Source: Candidatus Cloacimonadales bacterium (GTDB lineage Bacteria; Cloacimonadota; Cloacimonadia; Cloacimonadales; DAONDQ01). Taken from it: a stretch of DNA of 64,000 nucleotides. Each line of letters opens with the position of its first letter. Within the stretch, counting starts at the first letter, position 1. The position numbers were made by a program, and so were the translations under genes. Location: the NCBI GenBank assembly GCA_963662275.1, contig OY759316.1, positions 3,296,001-3,360,000 on the forward strand, in the 5' to 3' direction. Of this stretch, positions 1 to 9,350 are shown in pieces. The notes under the pieces were generated by a model that was given only the letters and a program-made list of their open reading frames with translations, searched no databases and was not told where the DNA came from.

Positions 1-329
1 TGGTAATTAATGATGTCTCCATTACTGGCAAGAGCATAAGCCGGACCAGCTAGGGTTTCTACGATATGCGGCTGGGTATTATATTCTGTTGCAGAACCTT
101 TGGTAGGATAACGAACATGCCCAATGGCAATTTTTCCTACCAGTTTCTCTATCAACCCAGGTATGAAAACATCCTTTACTAGTCCCATGCGTTTATGAAG
201 CTTGAATATATGACCATCACTCACTGCCATTCCACAGCTTTCCTGTCCGCGATGCTGTTCCGCAAACATTCCTAAAGCTGCCAGGCTCGCTGCATTCTTG
301 TGATTATATATCCCAATGATTCCGCACAT
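1..329 (-). CDS. purF: amidophosphoribosyltransferase, N-terminal part (runs off the window start)
   Basis: Manual translation from ATG at 329 gives MCGIIGIYNHKNAASLAALGMFAEQHRGQESCGMAVSDG...GHVRYPT. This has the Ntn catalytic Cys2 plus the QHRGQ and GHVRY motifs. Confidence 0.9.
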   Translation of the reverse strand, partial: MCGIIGIYNHKNAASLAALGMFAEQHRGQESCGMAVSDGHIFKLHKRMGLVKDVFIPGLIEKLVGKIAIGHVRYPTKGSATEYNTQPHIVETLAGPAYALASNGDIINY

Positions 330-367
330 TTATTTATCCTCGTACCACCTATTTCAGGAGGCAATCA

Positions 368-1015
368 TTATTCCGGTTTCTTACGGAAAGAAAGCTGATT
401 CTCTCTTCCTTCGCTCAATCTTCTAATATTCTCTTTATGCTTATAAATAACAAAACTTCCAATAATCAATATCAAACTTAGATTTGCAGCATCAGTAAAC
501 TGGTTGATTACATTGATATATAGCTCAGAAAGCATTAATAGAATTACTCCGAAAATTGAACCAAGAGAAACATATTTAGTGATAGCTGTGACAACCAGAA
601 AAGTAATAAAGGCAATGATTAAAGGCACTGGTGCTATCATGATGAAAACACCTGCTGCAGTAGCCACTCCTTTTCCGCCTTTGAAGCGTAGGAAAACAGA
701 AAAAATATGACCAAAAATAACTGCAAATCCGACCAAGCTTAAAAAGACAGTAATCTCATTACTGCCAAATCTTTTCAGGAGTAACTCACCGACCATGATC
801 GCTGCAACTCCTTTCAAAATATCAATGGCTAAGACGAGTAACGCAAGCTTCACTCCCAGTACCCTCATCGTATTTGTGGCACCTGTATTTCCACTACCTT
901 TTTCTCGAATATCCTGCCCTTTGATCAATCTGACAAAAATATACCCAGTTGGAAAACTGCCAATGACATAGGCAATGATGATCGGTATGCTAATACTTAA
1001 TAATAGGGACATCAT
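368..1015 (-). CDS. plsY: glycerol-3-phosphate acyltransferase PlsY
   Basis: Motifs GSFPTG, DIREKGSGNTGATN, DILKG, GHIFSVFLRFKGGKGVATAAG and HKENIRRL; lies downstream of der. Confidence 0.95.
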   Translation of the reverse strand: MMSLLLSISIPIIIAYVIGSFPTGYIFVRLIKGQDIREKGSGNTGATNTMRVLGVKLALLVLAIDILKGVAAIMVGELLLKRFGSNEITVFLSLVGFAVIFGHIFSVFLRFKGGKGVATAAGVFIMIAPVPLIIAFITFLVVTAITKYVSLGSIFGVILLMLSELYINVINQFTDAANLSLILIIGSFVIYKHKENIRRLSEGRENQLSFRKKPE

Positions 1016-1076
1016 AATCCTCTTTTATCGCTCAGTCTTCAGGCAATGTAACGCCGACGTTAACCTGTTCTTCCCT

Positions 1077-2417
1077 CTAATACTCAACATCGGGGTCATC
1101 TCCACCCTTGCCCTTAAAAATGATCCTGATCGTAGCTCCCTTAAAATGGAACTTTTCTCGAATCTGGTTATGAATATAGCGTTTATAGGCTTCCGAAAGA
1201 AGCTTGGGTGCATTACAGAAAATCAGGAATGTAGGTGGATGCATTTCCACTTGCGTCATATATTTCAGTTTAATATGCCTTCCCGTATGATGGGAAGGTG
1301 CATGTTTATTGATAATGTCTTCACGGAATTCGTTCAACTGAGCGGTAGGAATTCGAACATGGCTTGACTCATCCACTTCCAGCACCATATCGAGAATCTT
1401 TTGCACTCGTTGACCTGTTAAGGCGGAAATAAATAAGATTGGTGCATAATCGATGAAACTTAGCTCTTCTTTCACGGTTGTAACGAATTTCCCCACTGTG
1501 AAATTATCTTTATCTTCCGGTAAATCCCACTTATTCACGACGATGATAAGATCCTTGAATTTTCGTCTTGCATAGGATGCAATCCTCTGTTCCTGGTTGG
1601 ATATTTCTTCGTCTGCTGCTAATACTAGCACAACAACATCCGCCTTATCAACTGTCTCTAATGTCCGCATAGAACTGAAGTATTCCACACCATATTTGAC
1701 TTTTGCTTTCCGGCGTAAGCCAGCAGTATCAATGATAGTAAGTTTTTTCCCTTTAAATCTTAAATCAGTATCAATCGAATCACGTGTCGTTCCAGGAACT
1801 TCAGAAACGATGACCTGTTCACTTCCTAAGAGCTTATTGACGATTGATGATTTTCCCACATTCGGTTTACCTACAATCGCAATTTTAATTGTATCTTCTT
1901 CTTCCTCATTAATTTCCTGGGCTGGAATTAAATCCATCAGGACATCAAGAAATTTACCGGTATTCCGTCCCTGGCTGGCAGATATCGGAAAGGCATCTCC
2001 AAATCCAAGTTTGAGAAATTCATATAGATCAAATTCGTCTTTTTCATTATCAACCTTATTTACGACTAGCACGACATTATTCCTTCGGGGTAATAGCATC
2101 TTGCCTATCGCTGAATCAAGATCTGTTATACCTGTTTTAGCATCCACTACAAAAAGAATAAGATCTGCTTCTTCAATCGCTATAGCAGCCTGGTAACGAA
2201 TCAATTGATCCATGGACTCTGTGGAATCAGCAACGATTCCACCTGTATCGACAACGGAAAAGACTTTCCCGTTCCATTCGACATCTTCATATTTCCGGTC
2301 TCGTGTAATACCGGATTCAAAATCAACAATCGCACTGCGCTTCCGGCATAAACGATTAAAAAGGGTGGATTTCCCAACATTGGGACGCCCCACAATAGCG
2401 ACAACTTGCTTTCTCAT
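1077..2417 (-). CDS. der: ribosome biogenesis GTPase Der (EngA)
   Basis: Two tandem G domains (GRPNVGKS/DTGG/NKVD and GKPNVGKS/DTAG/NKWD) plus a C-terminal KH-like domain. Confidence 0.97.
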   Translation of the reverse strand: MRKQVVAIVGRPNVGKSTLFNRLCRKRSAIVDFESGITRDRKYEDVEWNGKVFSVVDTGGIVADSTESMDQLIRYQAAIAIEEADLILFVVDAKTGITDLDSAIGKMLLPRRNNVVLVVNKVDNEKDEFDLYEFLKLGFGDAFPISASQGRNTGKFLDVLMDLIPAQEINEEEEDTIKIAIVGKPNVGKSSIVNKLLGSEQVIVSEVPGTTRDSIDTDLRFKGKKLTIIDTAGLRRKAKVKYGVEYFSSMRTLETVDKADVVVLVLAADEEISNQEQRIASYARRKFKDLIIVVNKWDLPEDKDNFTVGKFVTTVKEELSFIDYAPILFISALTGQRVQKILDMVLEVDESSHVRIPTAQLNEFREDIINKHAPSHHTGRHIKLKYMTQVEMHPPTFLIFCNAPKLLSEAYKRYIHNQIREKFHFKGATIRIIFKGKGGDDPDVEY

Positions 2418-2504
2418 TCATCTTTCCTTAGAATTGCCAAATCTTGTTATTTAGCAATACTAATTCTCTACTATAGGTGATTTTGTCAAAGAAAATGAGA
2501 ATAA

Positions 2505-2754
2505 CACTCTCCTAGAGGGGGATACAAGAGGAATTATTGAGAGCCTCATCTGAACTTAATTGTAGCTCCCCCGTTCTACCTCCCCTTGAGAGGGGGGGTA
2601 AGGAACCAGGCTTTGGGAATGTGTATATACTTAAAAAAGCAATTTTGAAGAGGATCAGCTATTCCACATTTGGGAAAGAAAAGCTAATACCCCTTGGGAA
2701 GGAAATGCTAATCCCCCCTTGGGAAGGGGGGGAGGGGGGTCATTCTGAATCTGT
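2505..2754. repeat. degenerate cluster of CCCCCTT-N-AAGGGGG palindromes, homologous to the 5368-5802 array
   Basis: 2541-2604 resembles one unit of the 5.4-kb array (gagcctcatctgaacttaatt...ccccttgagaggggg). 2709-2754 resembles its right end (taatccccccttgggaagggggggaggggggtcattctgaatctgt). Confidence 0.8.
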
Positions 2755-2765
2755 TACCTGTCACC

Positions 2766-5333
2766 TTATTTGAGCAGTAGCATTTTCTTTGTCACAGTCT
2801 TATCGTTTGTATTCAGACGGTAGAAATAGACTCCACTCGTACATGATTTTCCACTATCATCTTTTCCATCCCACACGACCTTATGCAGTCCTATTGGCAT
2901 ATTCTCATTGATCAAATGCGCTACTTTCTGCCCCCTGATATTGAATATCTCCAGTTTCACTTTTTGCGGTGATTTCAGATGAAAAGACAGCGTTGCGCTG
3001 CTTTGAAAAGGATTCGGATATATTGATAATCCTTCCCTCGCTGCTGCTGTATTGTCTTGGTTGGCAACGGGTGTAATGATTGACATCCTGCGGATGCTAT
3101 CATAGCGATTTGCGTAACTGACGATGAGTGAGGGAGAAAATGTGCCGCCTTCTGTATAAACATAAGTGGGATTCTGCTCTTCAGAATCAAGGACGCCATC
3201 ACCATTGAAATCCCACGCCCAATGATCGGCATCACCAGTACTCATATCCGTAAAATGGACGGCAAGTGGAGCTGCACCACTGGTATCAGAGACAGCAAAA
3301 CCAGCCTGAATCTGACCCTGGTATTCATAAGCACCAATATCTATCCGGCTCTGTATCCCCAAACCATTCATAATTCTCGGATTGCCGAATAAGTCAAAAG
3401 GAGAGAGCGATAATCCTGTGGTATCAGTTGTTCCGGCATCTATCCCCGGAGATAGGGAAGTTATCATATAGGAGTTATCTCCCCACCCAAAGAATATCGG
3501 TTCTTCATCAATATTTCCCTCCTGCCAGTGCAGGAAATCGGAAGGATCACAAAATACACCATCCATGCCATTCCGAATGATATTATTGGATAGATACTCA
3601 TGATGATTATTTGGACTAGCCGGAGTATAAGGAAATAAGATTTCCTGGGATAATGCAGGATTCCAAAATATATTATTGGAAAGCATTGCATCACCATAGA
3701 TGGATAATAAAGAACTACCACCTGAATTATTGGCAAAAGTGCAGTTACTTATTTCTATGCCGTTATTTGCGTTAATTACTGCCATTGATGAACTAGCAGA
3801 TTGTGTGTTGTTAATAATATTCGAGTTTTTTATTTGAACATTAAGCCTGTCTGTTTCTACTGTTCTTCCAATGTAGAAAATCCCAGATCCATATTCAGAG
3901 TAATTATGATTTCCATTGAAAGTGCAACCATCAACTATTAATGTTCCATTTTGGGAGTAATTCAAACCATCACCTACAAATTCATTACTGCTGTTATTCT
4001 CTGAAACGCAATTAATTAAATAATTAATTCCTGAACAATCGGCAAAGGAGAATCCAGAATAGTATAATGATGCCATATTATTCCGAATGATTGTATTAGT
4101 AATCAAAAAATCTCTTCCTCCTCCGTTGCTAATGCCCACATTCGAACTCCCCAATCCATTTTCTACTATGACATTGTTTATTTCAGAATTTCTACTTCTT
4201 GTAGATTGGATGTTTTTTGGAGAATTTATACAGGTCAAATCCGAAATAACAACATGCTTACTCTGAATTGCAGGGAACAATAATTGATATGTAACTTCGC
4301 CATCAAGGATAGTATTTTCCCTGTTATCTCCTTTCAGATGAGTCCAGCTTTTCAGTGAAACACCGAATCTCTGTCCATTGCCTGAAACAGAATACGTTCC
4401 CTGGGCAAGATGAACAATTTTCGGATTCAAGCTGTCTGAAGCAATACGATACATTGCCTTATAAATTGAACGAAGAGGAGAAGACACTGATAATCCGGCA
4501 TTCTCATCATTGCCATTGGGAGAAACATACAAGTCATGATTAATTTCTGTCATATAGCCATGTTCAACATTGCAACTAATAGGGTTCTCAATGTTAGAAT
4601 CATCTGCAAATCCACTGATAAAAAAACCCAGAGGGTTTATGACTGTGCATGTATCGAGAACAACATTAACCTGGTTAAAATATGTGAATAGACAGTCTAA
4701 GCCTGCAACAGCATTATTATTATAGATTGAGCATTTATCCTGGGTATCGAAAGTAATAGTATTGGTATTCCCATAATTATAAAAGTACAAACCACCTCCA
4801 CCATAAGTTGCATTATTATTCCAGATGGTTGTTCCTTTTAAAATGAGATTAACTAAGGAACAATTAATGCCACCTCCATAATCCGAAGTATTATTTATTA
4901 TCCGACAATTGACAATTGTGAGAAGTCCTACATTCTCACAAAATATTCCTCCTCCATGATGCAGATGTGAAGAAGTAAAAAAATGTCCTATCCCATTTGT
5001 AATTAATAGACCTCTCATGATAGCAAATGATTCATTACTGTTTATGTATATGCAACTGCTTTGCTGATTACCGTCAATGATCGTGGAATCAATATAAGCA
5101 GGATTCCCAGTTGTCAGTTCCAAACTCGCAAGGGTTAGGCTATGCCCATTGAAATTGATATTCTCGAAGTATCTTCCCGGATATACTAAGACCGTGTCAC
5201 CGGTTGCAGAGGCATTAATGGCTGATTGGACAGCAGTAAACTGAGCAGAGCCATCCAGGTTAACGGTATGAGTAAGAGCGTAGAGTATTCCTGTTGAGAA
5301 TGCAAGCATTATCAATAACATAGTCTTTGACAT
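2766..5333 (-). CDS. secreted right-handed beta-helix protein with DUF1565-like repeats, a PKD domain and a C-terminal FlgD/T9SS-type sorting domain
   Basis: Signal peptide; DTVLVYPGRYFENINF; GGGI repeats; second module YVSPNGNDENAG; PKD WAWDFNGDG; C-terminal IYPNPF...IFNIRGQKV...KKMLLLK. Confidence 0.8.
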   Translation of the reverse strand: MSKTMLLIMLAFSTGILYALTHTVNLDGSAQFTAVQSAINASATGDTVLVYPGRYFENINFNGHSLTLASLELTTGNPAYIDSTIIDGNQQSSCIYINSNESFAIMRGLLITNGIGHFFTSSHLHHGGGIFCENVGLLTIVNCRIINNTSDYGGGINCSLVNLILKGTTIWNNNATYGGGGLYFYNYGNTNTITFDTQDKCSIYNNNAVAGLDCLFTYFNQVNVVLDTCTVINPLGFFISGFADDSNIENPISCNVEHGYMTEINHDLYVSPNGNDENAGLSVSSPLRSIYKAMYRIASDSLNPKIVHLAQGTYSVSGNGQRFGVSLKSWTHLKGDNRENTILDGEVTYQLLFPAIQSKHVVISDLTCINSPKNIQSTRSRNSEINNVIVENGLGSSNVGISNGGGRDFLITNTIIRNNMASLYYSGFSFADCSGINYLINCVSENNSSNEFVGDGLNYSQNGTLIVDGCTFNGNHNYSEYGSGIFYIGRTVETDRLNVQIKNSNIINNTQSASSSMAVINANNGIEISNCTFANNSGGSSLLSIYGDAMLSNNIFWNPALSQEILFPYTPASPNNHHEYLSNNIIRNGMDGVFCDPSDFLHWQEGNIDEEPIFFGWGDNSYMITSLSPGIDAGTTDTTGLSLSPFDLFGNPRIMNGLGIQSRIDIGAYEYQGQIQAGFAVSDTSGAAPLAVHFTDMSTGDADHWAWDFNGDGVLDSEEQNPTYVYTEGGTFSPSLIVSYANRYDSIRRMSIITPVANQDNTAAAREGLSIYPNPFQSSATLSFHLKSPQKVKLEIFNIRGQKVAHLINENMPIGLHKVVWDGKDDSGKSCTSGVYFYRLNTNDKTVTKKMLLLK

Positions 5334-5367
5334 ATCTTCTCCAAGATTCTAATTGGAACGCAATCTT

Positions 5368-5789
5368 TAGACCCCCCTACCCCCCTTCTCAAGGGGGGAT
5401 TAAGGAGCCTTATCTGAACTTAATTTTAGTCTCACCTTTCTAATCCCCCCTTGAGAAGGGGGGTTAAGGAGCCTTATCTGAACTTAATTTTAGTCTCCAC
5501 TTTCTAATCCCCCCTTGAGAAGGGGGGTTAAGGAGCCTTATCTGAACTTAATTTTAGTCTCCACTTTCTAATCCCCCCTTGAGAAGGGGGGTTAAGGAGC
5601 CTTATCTGAACTTAATTTTAGTACCCTTTCTAATCCCCCCTTGAGAAGGGGGGTTAAGGAGCCTTATCTGAACTTAATTTTAGTACCCTTTCTAATCCCC
5701 CCTTGAGAAGGGGGGTTAAGGAGCCTTATCTGAACTTAATTTTAGTACCCTTTCTAATCCCCCCTTGAGAAGGGGGGTAGGGGGGTCTA
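5368..5789. repeat. tandem array of six 62-64 bp units bounded by perfect 35-bp terminal inverted repeats (MITE/REPIN-like)
   Basis: Unit taaggagccttatctgaacttaattttagt...tttctaatccccccttgagaaggggggt starts at 5401, 5465, 5529, 5593, 5655 and 5717. 5368-5402 is the exact reverse complement of 5755-5789. Confidence 0.9.
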
Positions 5790-5815
5790 TTTCTGAATCT
5801 GTGCAATATTTGAAT

Positions 5816-5841
5816 GGATAGACACACGGGTCTATCCCTAC
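5816..5841 (-). repeat. GTAG-type REP-like palindrome
   Basis: Minus strand reads GTAG-GGATAGAC-CCGTGT-GTCTATCC; its TAG is the stop codon of the 5838 ORF. Confidence 0.7.
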
Positions 5842-7391
5842 TTTAGCAATACCATCTTCTTCGTCAGTTTGCATGCAGGTGTATCCAGACGATACAGGTA
5901 AATACCGGAGGCAGCTTTCCTTCCTGAATCATCTTTGCCATTCCAGGCTGTATCATGCCTGCCGGTCGTTGTGATACCATTGACAAGAGTACGTACCTTC
6001 TGACCTCTACAGTTATATATGGATAAATTGGCATGCATGTCTTTGGCGAGAGTGAAGGAGATATGAGTATCCGGATTGAAAGGATTTGGATAGTTTGCAT
6101 CTAATTCAGTCTCTAATGGAATTAAGGGAGTTCCTTCACCCGCTTTAAAAGAGAAATAGAGATAAGAATCAATATCCCTGAGATGAATTTTCCTTTTTTC
6201 AAAGACCATTTTATTCGGATTAAAGACTGTCCAGCTATTCTGCAACTTTGTACCACGATCTCCATAAGAGAATACGATTTCTATATCCGCTTCCGGATCA
6301 GACTTTGTTTCATCCAGTAAATATGCATTTATTTCAAGGGTGTCACTATCCACTTTTGCAGCCCCTTTACAAACTCCATCCACCATTATTCCAACTTCTA
6401 CAGGTACGTCCTGCGGATCTAACTCCACAAACACAGGCAGATAATCCAGCTTCTCCTTATAAGTGAAAATCTCAGCTTTCTCTCGTATTACAGGCGGACG
6501 GCTTGTTGACGGAATATTCCAGTACATTTGAGCAGGTGCATTGCTGAAAGCTTTCACAGCCACCATTTCACCACAGGATAAGGTGGGATGACCGACCGGA
6601 ATTCCCCAGGCAGCGCCGGGTTTGGGCATGATCCTGCGGGTTGCCCAGTTCCTGGTCTTAATCTCATACAGATAATCAAGATAAGTATGGGTCAAATCCC
6701 CGGGAATATGTTTCTTAAAAGCATCCATCAGATTTTGTGTCTGCTCCGGGAACCAGCCCAGCCAATATTCTCTGACTGTATTGGGATTGCTTGGAATTGT
6801 CAATGCCAGAGGAGTGGTATGAGCATCAGGATATAACCCGCTGATATGGAGACTATCAATATAGGGAGTACTAAATTGAACTTTAAAACCAATAGGGGCA
6901 AATGCTCTATAGCTTGCATTTAACCATTGGAACCCATCATTATAGACACTATTGAAAAATCCTCCGTAATTTGACTGGGCTGTAATGAGAGATGGAATAT
7001 TGCCCATATAACTTCCCAGCAATTTTCCAATTTCATTTTTATAATGACTTGCTATAAATGTTCTATCATCCAATACTGGAAAACTGCACCAGATAATACT
7101 GCTGCTTCCATCAGGATTTAGCTTGAAATAATCCCTTGTTTTATTCACATAAGGAGGAATATTCTGATCTGCACTCTCCGAATAAATGCTATCTCTGACT
7201 TCAACCAGTTGATTTTCTCTAACAGTAGAATCGAATATAACTGCCTGCCCGATTGTTTTAAAGGGGTAATCAAAGGAACCATCCTGTTGATTTAAGACGG
7301 TAGTCCCATCTACGTAAATTGTATGCACACCGTATAGGAAAGAAAAAGAAAGGCATAGAAATAGTAAAACAATTACATTTGATGTTTTTAT
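5838..7391 (-). CDS. secreted protein with a C-terminal FlgD/T9SS-type sorting domain; probable ATA start, possibly degenerate or chimeric
   Basis: AAGGAGG (7403-7397) precedes ATA AAA ACA and a hydrophobic signal peptide. The C-terminus reads NYPNPFNP...IYNCRGQKV...KKMVLLK. The ORF-track ATG at 7466 lies inside an 11-bp repeat. Confidence 0.6.
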   Translation of the reverse strand: MKTSNVIVLLFLCLSFSFLYGVHTIYVDGTTVLNQQDGSFDYPFKTIGQAVIFDSTVRENQLVEVRDSIYSESADQNIPPYVNKTRDYFKLNPDGSSSIIWCSFPVLDDRTFIASHYKNEIGKLLGSYMGNIPSLITAQSNYGGFFNSVYNDGFQWLNASYRAFAPIGFKVQFSTPYIDSLHISGLYPDAHTTPLALTIPSNPNTVREYWLGWFPEQTQNLMDAFKKHIPGDLTHTYLDYLYEIKTRNWATRRIMPKPGAAWGIPVGHPTLSCGEMVAVKAFSNAPAQMYWNIPSTSRPPVIREKAEIFTYKEKLDYLPVFVELDPQDVPVEVGIMVDGVCKGAAKVDSDTLEINAYLLDETKSDPEADIEIVFSYGDRGTKLQNSWTVFNPNKMVFEKRKIHLRDIDSYLYFSFKAGEGTPLIPLETELDANYPNPFNPDTHISFTLAKDMHANLSIYNCRGQKVRTLVNGITTTGRHDTAWNGKDDSGRKAASGIYLYRLDTPACKLTKKMVLLK

Positions 7392-7461
7392 AATGACCTC
7401 CTTAATTAATAATAGGTTAAAAGCAGATGTTTCAATGTCAAGATAAATATTCAGCCCTAAG

Positions 7462-7521
7462 AGCATTACGGTAGCAATACGGTAGCATTACGGTAAAAAA
7501 CCGTATTGCTACCGTAATGAT
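7462..7521. repeat. 11-bp unit array: 3 direct plus 2 inverted copies of AGCA(T/A)TACGGT
   Basis: agcattacggt agcaatacggt agcattacggt aaaaa accgtattgct accgtaatgat. Confidence 0.85.
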
Positions 7522-7594
7522 ATAGTAATCATACCATATTTGAAAAAGCTGACAAGTAACAAGTAATAGCTAACGTGTTCAGAAAAGAACAGAA

Positions 7595-7699
7595 GTAGAG
7601 ACGCCCAAATTGGGCGTCTTGTACAATTCGCAGACAAGAAGAGACGCCCAAATTGGGCGTCTCTACAAGTGGAGGACAGACACGCGGGTCTGTCCCTAC
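7595..7699. repeat. cluster of three GTAG-type REP-like palindromes
   Basis: gtagagacgcccaaattgggcgtct (from 7595), gagacgcccaaattgggcgtctctac (7641-7666) and ggacagacacgcgggtctgtccctac (7674-7699; homologous to 5816-5841). Confidence 0.8.
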
Positions 7700-7707
7700 A
7701 AGATTTT

Positions 7708-9288
7708 TTATTTCAATAAGATCATTTTCGACTGGATCATTTTCCCTCTGCATTCCAGACGGGCAAAATACATACCACTGGATACATGTTGATTTTGATC
7801 GTTCCTGCCATCCCAACTGACTTGCTGGAGACCTGGCACTTGATGACCATTGAATAGTGTTTTAACTAATTGACCTTTGAGATTATATATACTGAGAGCT
7901 GCATCTCCCGGTTGCTTCACATCATAGCTGATCGATGTTGAGCCGATAAAGGGATTTGGATAATTTCGCAGGAAGACTGTTGGCGCAATTGGATCCGATG
8001 TAGCTGTACCTGTAGTTCTCACTACGATCCTTTTTGAATACCAGCTCTTAATACTATCTGAATCTACCGCTGCAACCTGGATTGCATAATAAGTTCCGGA
8101 AATCAAATCCGATATTGTGGCTGCTGCCCTGGCATCATTATTGATATTCATCGAATAAGGCAGAATCACTGCTAGAGTATCTGGTCCATAATTTACTTCG
8201 TAATGATCCACATTCGATTCTGGATTTTCAAGCCATTGAATTGAAACGACATTGTTTCCAATTACCGTAGAAACAAGTCCAAGCGGTGGAGTAAGTGGTG
8301 CTTCAATAACTGGGACATTAAGCCAGGGAGTAAAATTGACATCACCAATAATGGTATCTCCTAATCCACTAGGATTTACTGATACATGATAAGGACCGCT
8401 TGCTGCTCCCCACCAATTGTTTTGCACAGTTACCGGAGCTGCGTTATAGAGTTCCAGACCGGCATTATCATTGTCGGTAATATTGCTGTTTTGCAGGATG
8501 ACGCTTCCATCGTGAACAACTAGGATACCTTTGTAATTATCTGTAATTGTTGAAAGCGAAATAGTAGGATTACATACTTCTCCCAAGTGGATCGCAGCAG
8601 TTCCCCAAAAGCGATTTCTTGCTATTGTACAATGGTTTAATTGAAAATAGACTTGATATCTGCCATAGATACCGGCTGCATAGGAACCACCTGTAGAATA
8701 TAGCGTGTTATCTGCGATGACACAATTGTTAAAAGTTGGTGAAGACCCTGGATCGATATGAGCACCTCCACCAGAATATGCATTATTGTGAACGATGATC
8801 ACATTTTCCAGGAGAGGGCTTGCTTGATTGCAATATAGTCCTCCTCCTGCACCAACACCGGCTACAGAGACTGAGTTGAAGGAAATAATCAGATTGCGAA
8901 GAGTTGGAGCTGCATAAACGCAACAGATTCCTGCGCCATTCATTGAGCCATAACCATTGCGAATCGTGAAGCCGGATATGAGAGTAGCTCTGGAAATGAT
9001 ACGTGCGTCCCAAGATGAAATCATACCGATCACCCTGCTGAGATGATTGCCATCTATAATGGTGTTTTCCCGAGTACCAGAGCTGATCAGGGAAATACTG
9101 TCAACCTGGGGCCAATTAATATTCTCCAGGTATGTACCTGGGGCAACAAGAACTGTATCCATTTCGGTACTCGCATTTAAAGCAGCCTGGATGGTGGTAA
9201 ATTCACTCGGAACATGGCGAGTGACAGCCATCATCGAAGCCATGAAAAAAGACATCATTAGAATCAGAATAAAGATAGATAGTTTCAT
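7708..9288 (-). CDS. secreted beta-helix protein with an FN3 domain and a C-terminal FlgD/T9SS-type sorting domain
   Basis: Signal peptide; HVPSEFTTIQAAL...DTVLVAPGTYLENI; NNWWG; FN3 (ATISDLISGTYYAIQVAAVD); NYPNPF...IYNLKGQLV...KMILLK; AAGGAGG RBS. Confidence 0.8.
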   Translation of the reverse strand: MKLSIFILILMMSFFMASMMAVTRHVPSEFTTIQAALNASTEMDTVLVAPGTYLENINWPQVDSISLISSGTRENTIIDGNHLSRVIGMISSWDARIISRATLISGFTIRNGYGSMNGAGICCVYAAPTLRNLIISFNSVSVAGVGAGGGLYCNQASPLLENVIIVHNNAYSGGGAHIDPGSSPTFNNCVIADNTLYSTGGSYAAGIYGRYQVYFQLNHCTIARNRFWGTAAIHLGEVCNPTISLSTITDNYKGILVVHDGSVILQNSNITDNDNAGLELYNAAPVTVQNNWWGAASGPYHVSVNPSGLGDTIIGDVNFTPWLNVPVIEAPLTPPLGLVSTVIGNNVVSIQWLENPESNVDHYEVNYGPDTLAVILPYSMNINNDARAAATISDLISGTYYAIQVAAVDSDSIKSWYSKRIVVRTTGTATSDPIAPTVFLRNYPNPFIGSTSISYDVKQPGDAALSIYNLKGQLVKTLFNGHQVPGLQQVSWDGRNDQNQHVSSGMYFARLECRGKMIQSKMILLK

Positions 9289-9308
9289 ACGAGCCTCCTT
9301 GTTTATAT

Positions 9309-9350
9309 TAGGTACTAGGTACTAGGTGCTAGGTACTAGGGGCTAGGTGC
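9309..9350. repeat. heptamer tandem repeat, 6 copies of a TAGGTAC-like unit
   Basis: taggtac taggtac taggtgc taggtac taggggc taggtgc. Confidence 0.85.

Noticed and set aside
1032..1079. Amber read-through or recoding of the der TAG (frame continues REEQVNVGVTLPED*)
   Set aside because: TAG ends several proteins at their natural termini (…MVLLK*, …LILK*), and Der is already full length.
975..2454. Plus-strand ORFs over der, and similar short antisense ORFs throughout the ORF track
   Set aside because: They overlap well-supported genes on the opposite strand and show no motifs or RBS.
5368..5789. CRISPR array
   Set aside because: The sequences between hairpins are essentially identical (no unique spacers), and no cas genes are in the window.
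7529..7816. Short ORFs across the REP cluster (also 2537-2773 and 48264-48608)
   Set aside because: They are translations of palindromic or heptamer repeats with no evidence of coding.
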